This document shows positions 11,121-21,067 of a stretch of 64,000 bases of DNA, in pieces. Position numbers and translations under genes: made by a program. Where the stretch lies: positions 24,153-88,152 of the forward strand of contig JAHEIW010000001.1 in NCBI GenBank assembly GCA_024639185.1. The letters are read 5' to 3'. The notes beneath the pieces were generated by a model, which worked only from the letters and a program-made list of their open reading frames with translations, had not been told where the DNA came from and made no database searches. Source of the DNA: Deltaproteobacteria bacterium (GTDB lineage Bacteria > Desulfobacterota > Desulfobacteria > Desulfobacterales > JAHEIW01). Numbering within the stretch: position 1 is the first letter of the stretch; each line of letters starts with the position of its first letter.

Positions 11121-11188
11121 GACCCCTTTGGCCTGATCCTTAAAAATTTGAGCGAACGCTTACGATAATCGGGTCTGCAGGAGTTTTT

Positions 11189-11737
11189 ATGGGAAACAGT
11201 CTGAAAGGACTTATCGAAAAGAAAAAAAAGGACATCGTCAAACTTTGGTTTGAAGCCACCATTCAAACCTATGCACCCGATACCGCTAAATTTTATACAG
11301 GCCAGAAAGACCCATTCGCCAACCCGGTCGGTCACACAACAGCTGAAGCCATCCCCCATTTACTCGATCAATTACTCAGCGATTTGGATTCAGATGCGAT
11401 TAAATCTCATCTGGATCCCATCATTCGCATTCGCGCCGCGCAGGATTTTAGCGCGTCTCAGGCCACCGCCTTTATCTTTAAGCTAAAAGACGTTATCAGG
11501 GCGTGTTTGCCGGATGAACTCAAAGAAGCCTCCCGGCTCAAAGAGCTATTGGCCTTTGAATCCAGAATTGATCGTCTCGGCCTGATGGCTTTTGATCTGT
11601 ATATGGCCTGCAGGGAAAAAATATACGAAATTGCGGCAAACGAGACGCGCAACCAGACCTTTCGGGCCTTCAAGCGGGCCGGTTTAATTGTGGAGCCTTC
11701 TGAGCAGCCACCGAAGGTCAAAGGCGCTAAACCATAA
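11189..11737 (+). CDS. dsrT: DsrT (RsbRD N-terminal domain protein)
   Basis: KDPFANPVG, IRIRAAQDFSASQA, AFDLYMACREKIY motifs; directly upstream of dsrM. Confidence 0.85.
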   Translation: MGNSLKGLIEKKKKDIVKLWFEATIQTYAPDTAKFYTGQKDPFANPVGHTTAEAIPHLLDQLLSDLDSDAIKSHLDPIIRIRAAQDFSASQATAFIFKLKDVIRACLPDELKEASRLKELLAFESRIDRLGLMAFDLYMACREKIYEIAANETRNQTFRAFKRAGLIVEPSEQPPKVKGAKP

Positions 11738-11807
11738 TATTCGCAACCCGGCTGCGGGTGTGCTGGCCCTGCCGGCAGCCGGTGGCCTTACAAAGAGGTG
11801 CTCTTCA

Positions 11808-12881
11808 ATGAATTTAAGGTACATCGTTCCGCTGATTGCCGTTACCCTTCTTTTTTTGGTCTCCTATCTGGGCGCCCAGGTGTCAGCAATGCAATATGTG
11901 CTGGGTGTGGTTGTTCCCTATGTGGCCATTCTCACATTTGTGCTGGGATTTGCTTATCGCGTGATCAACTGGTCGCGATCGCCGGTGCCCTTCAGTATTC
12001 CCACAACGGGCGGTCAGCAAAAATCCCTGCCCTGGGTTCGGCATTCCAAATTTGACAGCCCGGTAAAGGGGTGGCAGATCGTTGTGCGGATGGCACTGGA
12101 AATACTGACGTTTCGCTCGCTGTTCAGAAACACGCGCATGAAGCTGAACCAGGGCGGCCGGTTGTCCTACCAGCTGGAAATTTTTCTGTGGGTCGGCGCG
12201 CTGGCCTTTCATTATGCCTTTCTGGTGGTGCTCATCCGCCATCTGCGCTTTTTCACCGATCCGGTACCGTTTTTTGTGCAACTGGTTGAAAACATCGACG
12301 GCTTTTTTCGGGTTGAAATCATCTATCCGGCATTTAAATTCGGCGTTCCCGGGGTTTATCTTTCGAGCTTTGTGCTGCTGGCAGCGGTCAGCTACCTGTT
12401 TTTCAGACGGCTTTTTGTGCGCCAGGTCAAATACATTTCGATTGCATCGGACTATTTTCCGCTGTTTCTGATTTTCGGAATCGCTCTGAGTGGTATTCTG
12501 ATGCGCTATTTCACCAAGACGGATGTGACCGCCGCCAAGGAGCTGACCCTGGGGCTGGTCACCTTCCGGCCCACCATTCCGGAAGGGATCGGCGCTATCT
12601 TCTTTGTGCACGTCTTTTTGGTCAGTATCCTGATTGCCTATTTTCCATTCAGCAAATTGATGCACCTGGGCGGCGTGTTCCTGAGCCCGACGCGCAACAT
12701 GCCTACCGACACCCGTGCCCGCCGGCACGTGAATCCCTGGAATTACCCGGTGCCGGTGCATACCTACGATGAGTATGAAGACGAATTCAGGGAGAAAATG
12801 GTCGAAGTCGGATTGCCGGTTGAAAAAATGCCGGAACCCGCAGCGGCGGAAGAGCCGGAGCAAGCAGAGGAAAAGGAGTAA
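11808..12881 (+). CDS. dsrM: DsrM, membrane cytochrome b subunit (NarI family)
   Basis: PVPFSIPTTGGQQKSLPW, YFPFSKLMH, heme His residues; start at ATG 11808 (GAGG RBS). Confidence 0.95.
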   Translation: MNLRYIVPLIAVTLLFLVSYLGAQVSAMQYVLGVVVPYVAILTFVLGFAYRVINWSRSPVPFSIPTTGGQQKSLPWVRHSKFDSPVKGWQIVVRMALEILTFRSLFRNTRMKLNQGGRLSYQLEIFLWVGALAFHYAFLVVLIRHLRFFTDPVPFFVQLVENIDGFFRVEIIYPAFKFGVPGVYLSSFVLLAAVSYLFFRRLFVRQVKYISIASDYFPLFLIFGIALSGILMRYFTKTDVTAAKELTLGLVTFRPTIPEGIGAIFFVHVFLVSILIAYFPFSKLMHLGGVFLSPTRNMPTDTRARRHVNPWNYPVPVHTYDEYEDEFREKMVEVGLPVEKMPEPAAAEEPEQAEEKE

Positions 12882-12884
12882 ACT

Positions 12885-14561
12885 ATGGCAGACGAAACAC
12901 CCAAACCGGAAGAGCTCATCCAGATCGATCACCGCCCGCCCAAAACAGACTGGATGGATGTTCCGGTTAATATCCGCAAGGGCATGTACTGTTATGCCTC
13001 AAATCCCAAAAGTGTCGAATATCTCGGTCTTCCCAATGCCAGGCAGTGGAACCCGCTGGACGATGACTGGCAGCTGCCCGAGAACTGGCAGGAAATCATC
13101 CATGAAGGCTTTAAGGAACGCCTGGAAAAATATCGATCGTTCCGGGTGTTCATGGATATCTGTGTGCGCTGCGGGGCCTGCTCCGACAAGTGTCACTATT
13201 ACATCGGAACCGGCGATCCTAAAAACATGCCGGTGCTCAGGGCTGAGTTGCTGCGATCCGTCTACCGCAACGATTTTACCCGCATGGGCAAAATTTTGGG
13301 CAAAATCAACGGGGCGCGCCCGATGAGCCTCGATGTGCTCAAGGAATGGTGGTACTACCTGTTTCAATGCTCCGAATGCCGCCGCTGTTCGCTGTTCTGC
13401 CCTTACGGCATCGATACGGCCGAGATCACCATCATGGGTCGCGAGCTGCTGAATCTGTTGGGGCTCAATATCGACTGGATTGCCACGCCGGTGGCCAACT
13501 GTTACCGCACCGGCAACCATCTGGGCATCCAGCCGCATGCTTTTAAAGACATGCTCGACTTTTTTGTGGAAGACATCGAAGAGATTACCAGCGTTCAGGT
13601 GGACTATAATATCAACAAAAAGGGCGCCGACATTCTGTTCATCACCCCCTCGGGGGATGTGTTCGCCGATCCGGGTACTTACACCGCTATGGGCTACCTG
13701 ATGCTGTTTCATTACCTCAAGGAGAAATTCGGGCTGGATGTCACCTGGAGCACCTATGGCTCCGAAGGCGGCAACTTCGGATTTTTTACCTCCCACGAGA
13801 CCATGAAACGGCTAAACTCCAAGATGTATGCCGAAGCCAAACGCCTGGGGGTCAAGTGGATCCTGGGCGGTGAATGCGGCCACATGTGGCGCGTGATCAA
13901 CCAGTATATGGACACCATGAACGGGCCGACCGATTTTCTGGAAGTACCGGTGTCACCCATCACAGGCACCGTATTTGAAAATGCCCGATCAAACAAAATG
14001 GTGCACATCGCCGAGTTTACGGCCGATTTGATCAAACACGACAAGCTCGACCTGGATCCCAGTCGCAACGATCATTTAAAGGTGACCTTTCACGATTCCT
14101 GCAATCCGGCCCGGGGCATGGGTATATTTGATGAGCCCCGCTATGTAATTGAAAACGTGTGCAACAACTTTTATGACATGCCGGCCAACACCATTCGCGA
14201 AAATACCTTCTGCTGCGGCAGCGGGGCGGGTTTAAATGCCGGTGAGAATATGGAACTGCGCTTGACCGGCGGTCTGCCGCGCGCCAATGCGGTCAAACAC
14301 GTTCACGAAAGACACGGCGTGAACATGCTGGCCTGCATCTGCGCCATCGACCGGGCCGCGCTGCCCCCTCTGATGGAGTACTGGGTGCCGGAAGTGGACG
14401 TGACCGGGCTGCATGAAATGGTGGCCAATGCCCTGATCATGCCCGGTGAGAACGAACGCAGCACCGATCTGCGGGGCGAGGACATCCCGGGCCGCGAGAT
14501 CGTCGAAGAAGCTCAAGAAGAATCAGAGGTTGATTCGGAGGAACAAGCTGATGAACAATAA
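12885..14561 (+). CDS. dsrK: DsrK, Fe-S/CCG domain catalytic subunit
   Basis: CVRCGACSDKC, CSECRRCSLFCP, GECGH, HDSCN, FCCGSG. Confidence 0.97.
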   Translation: MADETPKPEELIQIDHRPPKTDWMDVPVNIRKGMYCYASNPKSVEYLGLPNARQWNPLDDDWQLPENWQEIIHEGFKERLEKYRSFRVFMDICVRCGACSDKCHYYIGTGDPKNMPVLRAELLRSVYRNDFTRMGKILGKINGARPMSLDVLKEWWYYLFQCSECRRCSLFCPYGIDTAEITIMGRELLNLLGLNIDWIATPVANCYRTGNHLGIQPHAFKDMLDFFVEDIEEITSVQVDYNINKKGADILFITPSGDVFADPGTYTAMGYLMLFHYLKEKFGLDVTWSTYGSEGGNFGFFTSHETMKRLNSKMYAEAKRLGVKWILGGECGHMWRVINQYMDTMNGPTDFLEVPVSPITGTVFENARSNKMVHIAEFTADLIKHDKLDLDPSRNDHLKVTFHDSCNPARGMGIFDEPRYVIENVCNNFYDMPANTIRENTFCCGSGAGLNAGENMELRLTGGLPRANAVKHVHERHGVNMLACICAIDRAALPPLMEYWVPEVDVTGLHEMVANALIMPGENERSTDLRGEDIPGREIVEEAQEESEVDSEEQADEQ

Positions 14562-14940
14562 AGCACTGATTGTAACGGGAGTTGTTATATTTTTGCTTAT
14601 CGTCTTGTTTCCCTTCTGGTACATGCGGGGCAAAGCCGCCCCGCCGCCGGAGGTGGAACTGACACCCAAGGCCAAGGCAGCTCAAAAATGCGTGCGCTCG
14701 ACCGAGTACATGCGTGCCGAGCACATGCAGCTGCTGGATGTATGGCGGGATTCAGTGGTGCGCGAAAGCAAACGGATCTATGTCAATCCCGATGGCAAAG
14801 AGTTTAATATGAGTCTGAGCAACACCTGTTTGGACTGTCATTCCAATAAAGCCGAATTTTGTGACCGCTGTCACAATTACGCTTCGGTCAGGCCCTATTG
14901 CTGGAGTTGCCACATTGAAAACCCGAAGGAGAAGACCTAA
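14551..14940 (+). CDS. dsrJ: DsrJ triheme cytochrome c
   Basis: Three CxxCH (CLDCH, CDRCH, CWSCH), N-terminal TM helix, MRAEHMQLL; start ATG 14551. Confidence 0.95.
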   Translation: MNNKALIVTGVVIFLLIVLFPFWYMRGKAAPPPEVELTPKAKAAQKCVRSTEYMRAEHMQLLDVWRDSVVRESKRIYVNPDGKEFNMSLSNTCLDCHSNKAEFCDRCHNYASVRPYCWSCHIENPKEKT

Positions 14941-15728
14941 TGGATAGCAGCAGAAGACGCATTTTACAGTTACTGGGAATTTCTGCTCTGGCACTCACCA
15001 CCAGGCCGGTTTTAGATGCCTTTGCCAAAGAGCAGCAGGCAACCGGGGCTGACGTCATTATTAAAGAAGGGGACAAGGTGCTGAAGGCCAGACAGTGGGC
15101 CATGGTTATCGATACCCGCAAGTTGCACTCAGAAGCCGAGCTGGAACCTCTGATAGAGGCCTGCCACACGATTCACAATGTTCCCAAGCTGCTGAACAAA
15201 AACCATGAAATCAAGTGGCTCTGGGGAACACACTATCACAACGCCTTTCCGGGCAAGGCCGCCCGCTTTATCGCCGAAGAGGTTGAGCAACGCCCGTTTC
15301 TGGTTTTGTGCAATCATTGTGAGAACCCGCCCTGTGTGCGGGCCTGCCCGACCAAAGCCACCTGGAAACGCGACAACGACGGCATCGTGTTTATGGATTT
15401 TCATCGCTGCATCGGATGCCGTTTTTGCATGGCGGCCTGCCCGTTTGGTGCCCGCAGCTTTAATTACCGGGACCCGCGCCCCTTCATCCAGGAAACCAAC
15501 AAAAAATTTCCAACCCGCATGAAGGGTGTGGTTGAAAAATGTAATTTTTGTGCCGAGCGCCTGGCGGTGGGCCAGATACCGGCCTGTGTGGAAGTCTCCA
15601 AGGGCGCACTGGCGTTCGGGGATCTTTACGACCCAAAATCTGAGGTCCGCGAGCTGATCCGCACCCATTTTACCATTCGTCGTAAACAAACTCTGGGCAC
15701 CGAGCCCTGTGTCTATTACATCGTGTGA
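14940..15728 (+). CDS. dsrO: DsrO periplasmic ferredoxin (Tat signal)
   Basis: SSRRRIL Tat motif; CNHCENPPCVRACP, CIGCRFCMAACP, KCNFC. Confidence 0.95.
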   Translation: MDSSRRRILQLLGISALALTTRPVLDAFAKEQQATGADVIIKEGDKVLKARQWAMVIDTRKLHSEAELEPLIEACHTIHNVPKLLNKNHEIKWLWGTHYHNAFPGKAARFIAEEVEQRPFLVLCNHCENPPCVRACPTKATWKRDNDGIVFMDFHRCIGCRFCMAACPFGARSFNYRDPRPFIQETNKKFPTRMKGVVEKCNFCAERLAVGQIPACVEVSKGALAFGDLYDPKSEVRELIRTHFTIRRKQTLGTEPCVYYIV

Positions 15729-15736
15729 GGTGAATA

Positions 15737-16894
15737 ATGCTTGAATTAGCGCTTAAAGGCGGCAAAAAATATTACGGCTGGATGACCTTATTAGTGGTGA
15801 TTGTGGGTATCGGCTTTTTGCTGTACCTCAGACAGCTTGATTTTGGGCTGGGGATTACCGGCCTGAGCCGGGATACCTCCTGGGGCTTTTATATTGCCAA
15901 TTTTACCTTTCTGGTGGGTGTGGCCGCCGGGGGGGTAATGGTGGTGCTTCCCTATTATCTGCATGACTACAAGGCATTCGGCAAGGTCACTATTTTAGGA
16001 GAGTTTTTGGCCATCGCTTCGGTTCTGATGTGTTTGACCTTTATCCTGGTCGATCTGGGCCAGCCCATGCGGGCATTTAACGTCTTGCTCTACCCGACAC
16101 TCAATTCCGTGCTGTTTTGGGATGCCGTCGTTCTCAACGGATATCTGTTTTTAAACATCATTATCGGCTGGAACGTGCTGGAGGCCGAGCGCAACGGGGT
16201 GCATTACCAACCCTGGTTAAAGCCTTTGATCTATCTGTCCATTCCCTGGGCCATCAGCATCCATACGGTGACCGCTTACTTGTACTGCGGTTTGCCGGGC
16301 AGGGGCTTCTGGATGACCGCCATTCTGGCGCCGCGCTTTTTGTCTTCGGCTTTTGCGGCCGGGCCGGCGCTGCTGATTTTGTGCTGCCTGATCATCCGTC
16401 GGGTGAGCAGCTTTGATCCCGGCCGGGAGCAGATCCAATCCCTGGCCAAAATCGTGGCCTATGCGATTTGCATCAACGTGTTCTTCTTTCTGTGTGAAAT
16501 ATTTGTGGCCTTTTACAGCCAGATTCCCGAGCACATGGATCACATCAAATACCTGTTTGTCGGTCTGCACGGCCATGGGGCCTATGTGCCCTGGATGTGG
16601 GCTTCGTTTATCCTGATGATCGTCGGCATTATTCTGACCGTTATCCCTACCACCCGTAAAAACGAAGGCGTGCTGGCCGTCGCCTGTGTGGCGATTTTTC
16701 TGGGAACCTGGATCGACAAGGGACTGGGCATGATCGCCGGCGGTTTCACGCCATCGCCGCTGCATGAAATCAACGAGTACATTCCCTCATTGCAGGAGGT
16801 CGTAATTGCGCTGGGGGTGTGGGCCATGGGCTTTTTAGTGTTGACCGCGCTGTTTAAAATTGCGGTTTCCGTCAAAGAAGAAACCCGCAGCTAA
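15737..16894 (+). CDS. dsrP: DsrP, NrfD family membrane subunit
   Basis: WGFYIANFTFLVGVAAG, VDLGQP, SIHTVTA; about 10 TM helices. Confidence 0.95.
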   Translation: MLELALKGGKKYYGWMTLLVVIVGIGFLLYLRQLDFGLGITGLSRDTSWGFYIANFTFLVGVAAGGVMVVLPYYLHDYKAFGKVTILGEFLAIASVLMCLTFILVDLGQPMRAFNVLLYPTLNSVLFWDAVVLNGYLFLNIIIGWNVLEAERNGVHYQPWLKPLIYLSIPWAISIHTVTAYLYCGLPGRGFWMTAILAPRFLSSAFAAGPALLILCCLIIRRVSSFDPGREQIQSLAKIVAYAICINVFFFLCEIFVAFYSQIPEHMDHIKYLFVGLHGHGAYVPWMWASFILMIVGIILTVIPTTRKNEGVLAVACVAIFLGTWIDKGLGMIAGGFTPSPLHEINEYIPSLQEVVIALGVWAMGFLVLTALFKIAVSVKEETRS

Positions 16895-16918
16895 GCACTT
16901 TACTTAATCTGTTCATTT

Positions 16919-16953
16919 AGGAGGGCTTCCACTTTAAAAGCCCTCCTTTTTTT
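16919..16953 (+). terminator. Rho-independent terminator after dsrP
   Basis: AGGAGGGCTT-ccactttaa-AAGCCCTCCT stem followed by a T run. Confidence 0.85.
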
Positions 16954-16965
16954 ATCCCTCTTTGA

Positions 16966-18008
16966 GGGGGTCAAATCTTGAATTGTGAATAAATATTGAC
17001 AAATGTGCTTGGCTAAAATATTGATCAAAATATGGCTAGACCCTGGCGAATAGAATATGAAGGCGCTTTTTATCATCTGTTATCCCGCGGAAACGAGAAA
17101 AGGGATATTTTTATAGATGACGACGATCGGGGTATGTTTTTGGATACGCTTGGCGAGATGGCCGATCGTTTCGCGATCGACATTTTTGCCTATGTTTTAA
17201 TGAACAATCACTATCATCTTCTAATCAGGACTCAACGTGCCAATTTAACCAAAGCGATGCATTGGTTTGGGGTTACGTACACTACTCGTTTTAATTATCG
17301 GCACAACAGAATTGGGCATCTTTTTCAAGGTCGCTACAAAAGCATCTTGGTGCAAAATGATGCTTACATGATGCAGCTTTCTTGCTATATTCATCGCAAT
17401 CCATTAAGGAGCGGAATTGCCAAACGACTGGCAGAATATCCCTGGAGCAGCTACCGGGCGTATGCCTATGGTAGGCTGGTACCGGCTTGGTTATCAACCA
17501 AACTGATCTTAGAGCAATTTGCAGGTGAAGGAAAAGAGCAGTGTCGATTATATCGCGAGAAAGTCCAGCGCTATTCCAAAGAAGAAAAGGAACTGTGGGA
17601 GGATTTTCGGCATGGCTGTTTTTTAGGGTCAAAGAAATTTGTGACACAGATACGCAAAACTCATTTGCCAGAGAAGCCTCACGATGAAATTCCCGGGCAA
17701 AAGCAAATAGCCGGCAGTTTTGAGCCAAAAATTATTCTGCGGAAGGCCGCTGACATACTTCATTGCGATCTGAAGCGCGTAGTAAAATCGGGTCGTCTAT
17801 CGGGCTTGGAAAAAGATCAACGGGACCTGCTTATCTATATAATTTGGAAGACAGGGCGATTGACGAATGCAAAAATTGGTGAGCTTTTTGGCGTAACATA
17901 TTCATCTGTCAGCCACAGTGTAAGAGCTGCGCAAGCAAAGCTAAAAAAAGATACGAATTTAAGATCCATATTTAACATCATTAATTCACAATTCAAGATT
18001 TGACCCCC
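16966..18008 (+). mobile_element. TIR-flanked Y1/HUH tyrosine transposase element (RAYT/TIRYT type)
   Basis: Perfect 25-bp inverted repeats GGGGGTCAAATCTTGAATTGTGAAT (16966-16990) and its reverse complement (17984-18008) enclose the transposase; the stop codon lies inside the right repeat. Confidence 0.85.
17032..18003 (+). CDS. REP-associated tyrosine transposase (Y1_Tnp) with C-terminal HTH
   Basis: MARPWRIEYEGAFYHLLSRGN, MNNHYHLL (HUH), GHLFQGRYKS, YIHRNP, YPWSSY. Confidence 0.93.
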   Translation: MARPWRIEYEGAFYHLLSRGNEKRDIFIDDDDRGMFLDTLGEMADRFAIDIFAYVLMNNHYHLLIRTQRANLTKAMHWFGVTYTTRFNYRHNRIGHLFQGRYKSILVQNDAYMMQLSCYIHRNPLRSGIAKRLAEYPWSSYRAYAYGRLVPAWLSTKLILEQFAGEGKEQCRLYREKVQRYSKEEKELWEDFRHGCFLGSKKFVTQIRKTHLPEKPHDEIPGQKQIAGSFEPKIILRKAADILHCDLKRVVKSGRLSGLEKDQRDLLIYIIWKTGRLTNAKIGELFGVTYSSVSHSVRAAQAKLKKDTNLRSIFNIINSQFKI

Positions 18009-18108
18009 GCTTTGAGGAATTTCAGATCTTTTAACTATCTTGACAAAACTGGCATAAATTGATACGGTTTTTACGAAACGTAAATAACGTATCGTAAATA
18101 ACGTATAA

Positions 18109-19263
18109 ATGGAGCATGTGGTGGAAAACCCATTTAAATATGGCGGCCTTGTCCGCGGTCCTTACTTTGCGGACCGCAGAACTGAGCTGAATGAGCTCAA
18201 ACGGGAAATGTTGAACTTAAACCGTGTGTTTTTGGTGTCTCCCCGTCGCTTTGGCAAAACGTGCCTGCTTATCAACCTCATCGAAAGGTTGGAACGTAAA
18301 GCCATAGCCTGTGTGTACATCGACCTGAATGCCTATCCGGATGTCAAAAGCTTCGCCACAGCCTTGACCGGTCAGAGCGCCAGGGCCCTGGAGACCAATA
18401 AAGACAAGCTTTTGAAGATGTTTGCCGGATTTCAAAAACTGCGCCCTAAGGTAACTGTAGACCAAACCGGAAATATATCCGCGGGCATCGAGCTTGCGGT
18501 TGCCGAAAAGGATGCACTTTCGGCGCTTCTTGAGGGTTTGCAACATGCTGAAAATCTGGCCGCCAAAAAGAAAAAAAAACTGGTAGTCATCATTGATGAA
18601 TTTTCCGATCTTGAAAAATTCAATGGCCAGACAGTTGAAAAAGCGTTGCGATCCGAAATACAGAAACACACCCATATTGGCTATATTTTTTCCGGTTCCG
18701 AGCAATCGGTGATGCTGGCCATGACTCGTGATCGTTCGCGCGCTTTTTATAAGTTAGGCCGTATCATGGAGCTAGGGCCGATTGCCCCAAAAGCTTATAC
18801 CAGCTTTATTCAGAAGTGGTTAAAAAAGGGCGGTTACGCAGTAAATGAAGAAGATTTGCAGCGGATTTTTAAAATCGGTAATAATGTCCCATATAATATA
18901 CAGCGTTTGTGCAATGTTATTTGGGACGCTGCCATGGAAACAAAGGTCATAAAGCCGGCATTGATTGAAAGGCTGCCGGTCATTGTTGCCCGACAAGATT
19001 CACCCCATTATGAAATGCTCTGGCGCTCGGCCTCCCAATCCCAGAAAATTCTTCTGATTGCTTTAAGCCAGGACCAGACGGCCAAACCGTTTTCAAAGGA
19101 ATTTCAGGTATCACATGGTATCGGCCCATCATCATCAATCAAAGCATCTCTCGATTCACTTCTGAAAAAGGGGATTCTGTATAAGACACTGCAGGGGGCT
19201 TATCGATTTACGGATGGGTTTATGCCTTATTGGATAGACGATATCTTGAAAACGATCAGATGA
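18109..19263 (+). CDS. AAA+ ATPase (archaeal-ATPase-like) with probable C-terminal winged helix
   Basis: NPFKYGG, Walker A SPRRFGKT, Walker B VIIDEF, IFSGS. Confidence 0.85.
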   Translation: MEHVVENPFKYGGLVRGPYFADRRTELNELKREMLNLNRVFLVSPRRFGKTCLLINLIERLERKAIACVYIDLNAYPDVKSFATALTGQSARALETNKDKLLKMFAGFQKLRPKVTVDQTGNISAGIELAVAEKDALSALLEGLQHAENLAAKKKKKLVVIIDEFSDLEKFNGQTVEKALRSEIQKHTHIGYIFSGSEQSVMLAMTRDRSRAFYKLGRIMELGPIAPKAYTSFIQKWLKKGGYAVNEEDLQRIFKIGNNVPYNIQRLCNVIWDAAMETKVIKPALIERLPVIVARQDSPHYEMLWRSASQSQKILLIALSQDQTAKPFSKEFQVSHGIGPSSSIKASLDSLLKKGILYKTLQGAYRFTDGFMPYWIDDILKTIR

Positions 19264-19366
19264 TTTTTGATGAAGCGATTATGCAAATTGTGAATTCACA
19301 TTAGGTGTAATTGTTGAAATATCTTCATAAAGAAATACTATGAATTCTTAAGACATATTTTGAACT

Positions 19367-19990
19367 ATGGGTGTTTCGATACATTACCGCGGCCGGCTGG
19401 CGAATATCCAAAATGTAAAATCCATCTGTTATGAAATGGCCGCAATTGCAGAAAAAATGGACTGGCGCTACACCTGCTTGGATGAAGATTGGTCTCAATC
19501 GGCTAGTTCGACGATTGACGTCACAGCGAAAGGTTCAAACATTAGCGGGCATTTGCCGTTAAAGGGAATTGCGTTGACGCCTTGCGCCGAATGCGAGACA
19601 TTGCGATTTTTCTTTGATGCTGACGGCGAGCTACGTGATCCGGTAAGTATGGTAAGTATCAGCGAAGAGACCCTAAAACCGGAAGATTCCTGGATATCCA
19701 TAAAGACTCAATACGCAGGTCCTGAAACCCATGTATGGATCATTGGTCTGTTAAAGTATTTAAAGAAGTTTTATATACCGAATCTAGAAGTTCGAGATGA
19801 GGGCAAATACTGGCAAACCGAAAACATTGAGATTCTTAAAGAGAAAATGGATTTTATTGACAAAAAAATTTCAGCAGTCAGTGCCGAACTATCGAGAGTG
19901 ACCAGGGGCCACATTGAAAGCTATTCTGCCGATGAGCTTGCTACCGTGATTGAGACCCTGCTCCTTAATAAGTTTGACGTTGAAAAATAA
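19367..19990 (+). CDS. Hypothetical protein
   Basis: 207-aa ORF (MGVSIHYRG...KTQYAG...DEGKYW); no family recognised. Confidence 0.75.
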   Translation: MGVSIHYRGRLANIQNVKSICYEMAAIAEKMDWRYTCLDEDWSQSASSTIDVTAKGSNISGHLPLKGIALTPCAECETLRFFFDADGELRDPVSMVSISEETLKPEDSWISIKTQYAGPETHVWIIGLLKYLKKFYIPNLEVRDEGKYWQTENIEILKEKMDFIDKKISAVSAELSRVTRGHIESYSADELATVIETLLLNKFDVEK

Positions 19991-20007
19991 AAATTGAAAG
20001 TCTTAAA

Positions 20008-20047
20008 GGGGGATCAATAAAATTCACAATTCAAGATTTGATCCCCC
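20008..20047. repeat. Third copy of the transposase terminal repeat, itself a hairpin
   Basis: ATTCACAATTCAAGATTTGATCCCCC (20022-20047) equals the right TIR with one extra T; GGGGGATCAA at 20008 pairs with TTGATCCCCC. Confidence 0.85.
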
Positions 20048-20082
20048 GTTTGATTAATAACTATACATGTAGGAGAGTCGGC

Positions 20083-20760
20083 TTACTCTTGTGGATAAGG
20101 CGCATGCCGGATGATATCACCTTCAATCAGGTAAACGACCTGTTCGGCGATATTGGTGGTATGGTCTGCCAGGCGCTCCAGATGGCGGGATATTAGAAAT
20201 AAATTAATCAGATACCCGATTTTGTCGGGATTTTCGCCAATCTCTTTTTTAATTTTGTCGTAGGCCTCACTTTTGATTCGATCGACTTCATCGTCCATCA
20301 TGACGACCTTAAAGGCCAGATCATAATCCAGATTGATCAGCGCATCCAGGCTCATTTTCAGCATGGCCTGGGCTTTTTCTCCCATGGTGGCGTAGTCAAA
20401 GTAAAAATCCGGTTGCTCGCTTTTGGCGGTAACTCCGACGCGCTCGGCGATATTAACAGCCTGGTCGCCGATGCGCTCCAGCTCGGCATTGATCTTGATT
20501 ACAGCAACAATAAAACGCAGATCAATGGCCACCGGCTGATGCAGGGCCAGCACTTTGAGGCATTCTTCCTCAATTTCCACTTCCACTTCATCGATTTCAT
20601 AATCGGTTTTAATAATTTTGTCCGCCAGATCCGAATCATTGGTATCAATGGCCTTGAGGGCCATCTGGACGCGCTCTTCCACCAGGGCGCCCAGGGCGAG
20701 GATACGCTTTTTTATAGTTTCCAACTCCTTAGTGAATTGCTTTCTGATGCGCTTTTCCAT
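20083..20760 (-). CDS. phoU: Phosphate signalling protein PhoU
   Basis: QPVAIDLR, ELERIGDQAVNIAE, LERLADHTTNIAE. Confidence 0.95.
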   Translation of the reverse strand: MEKRIRKQFTKELETIKKRILALGALVEERVQMALKAIDTNDSDLADKIIKTDYEIDEVEVEIEEECLKVLALHQPVAIDLRFIVAVIKINAELERIGDQAVNIAERVGVTAKSEQPDFYFDYATMGEKAQAMLKMSLDALINLDYDLAFKVVMMDDEVDRIKSEAYDKIKKEIGENPDKIGYLINLFLISRHLERLADHTTNIAEQVVYLIEGDIIRHAPYPQE

Positions 20761-20944
20761 TTTTATGATCCCTAAAGTGCTTTCTGTTTTTATATGACTA
20801 AAAAGGTAATCTGTTTTTACGGGTCAGGCAAGAAAAAATTCAAGCACATTAATTTTCGTGCAAGTCCCCAATCGTTGCGTTATAAACGTCCGTACCTCAG
20901 TATTTTTCATATCTAAATCCCCAAAATGTTAAATTTTTATTAGC

Positions 20945-20994
20945 CTAACAATAAACTAACAATATCTTTGCCTAACGCTAACAAAAAATTCATA
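20945..20994 (+). promoter_or_regulatory. Pho-box-like 11-bp-phased direct repeats upstream of pstC
   Basis: CTAACA at 20945, 20956, 20978 and TTCATA at 20989 (all multiples of 11 apart). Confidence 0.65.
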
Positions 20995-21067
20995 ATCTTC
21001 CCTTTTCGATAGAATGTCTTTATGTTTTTCAATTAAAAATTTCAACAATATCGCGGTTGGTTAAGAA

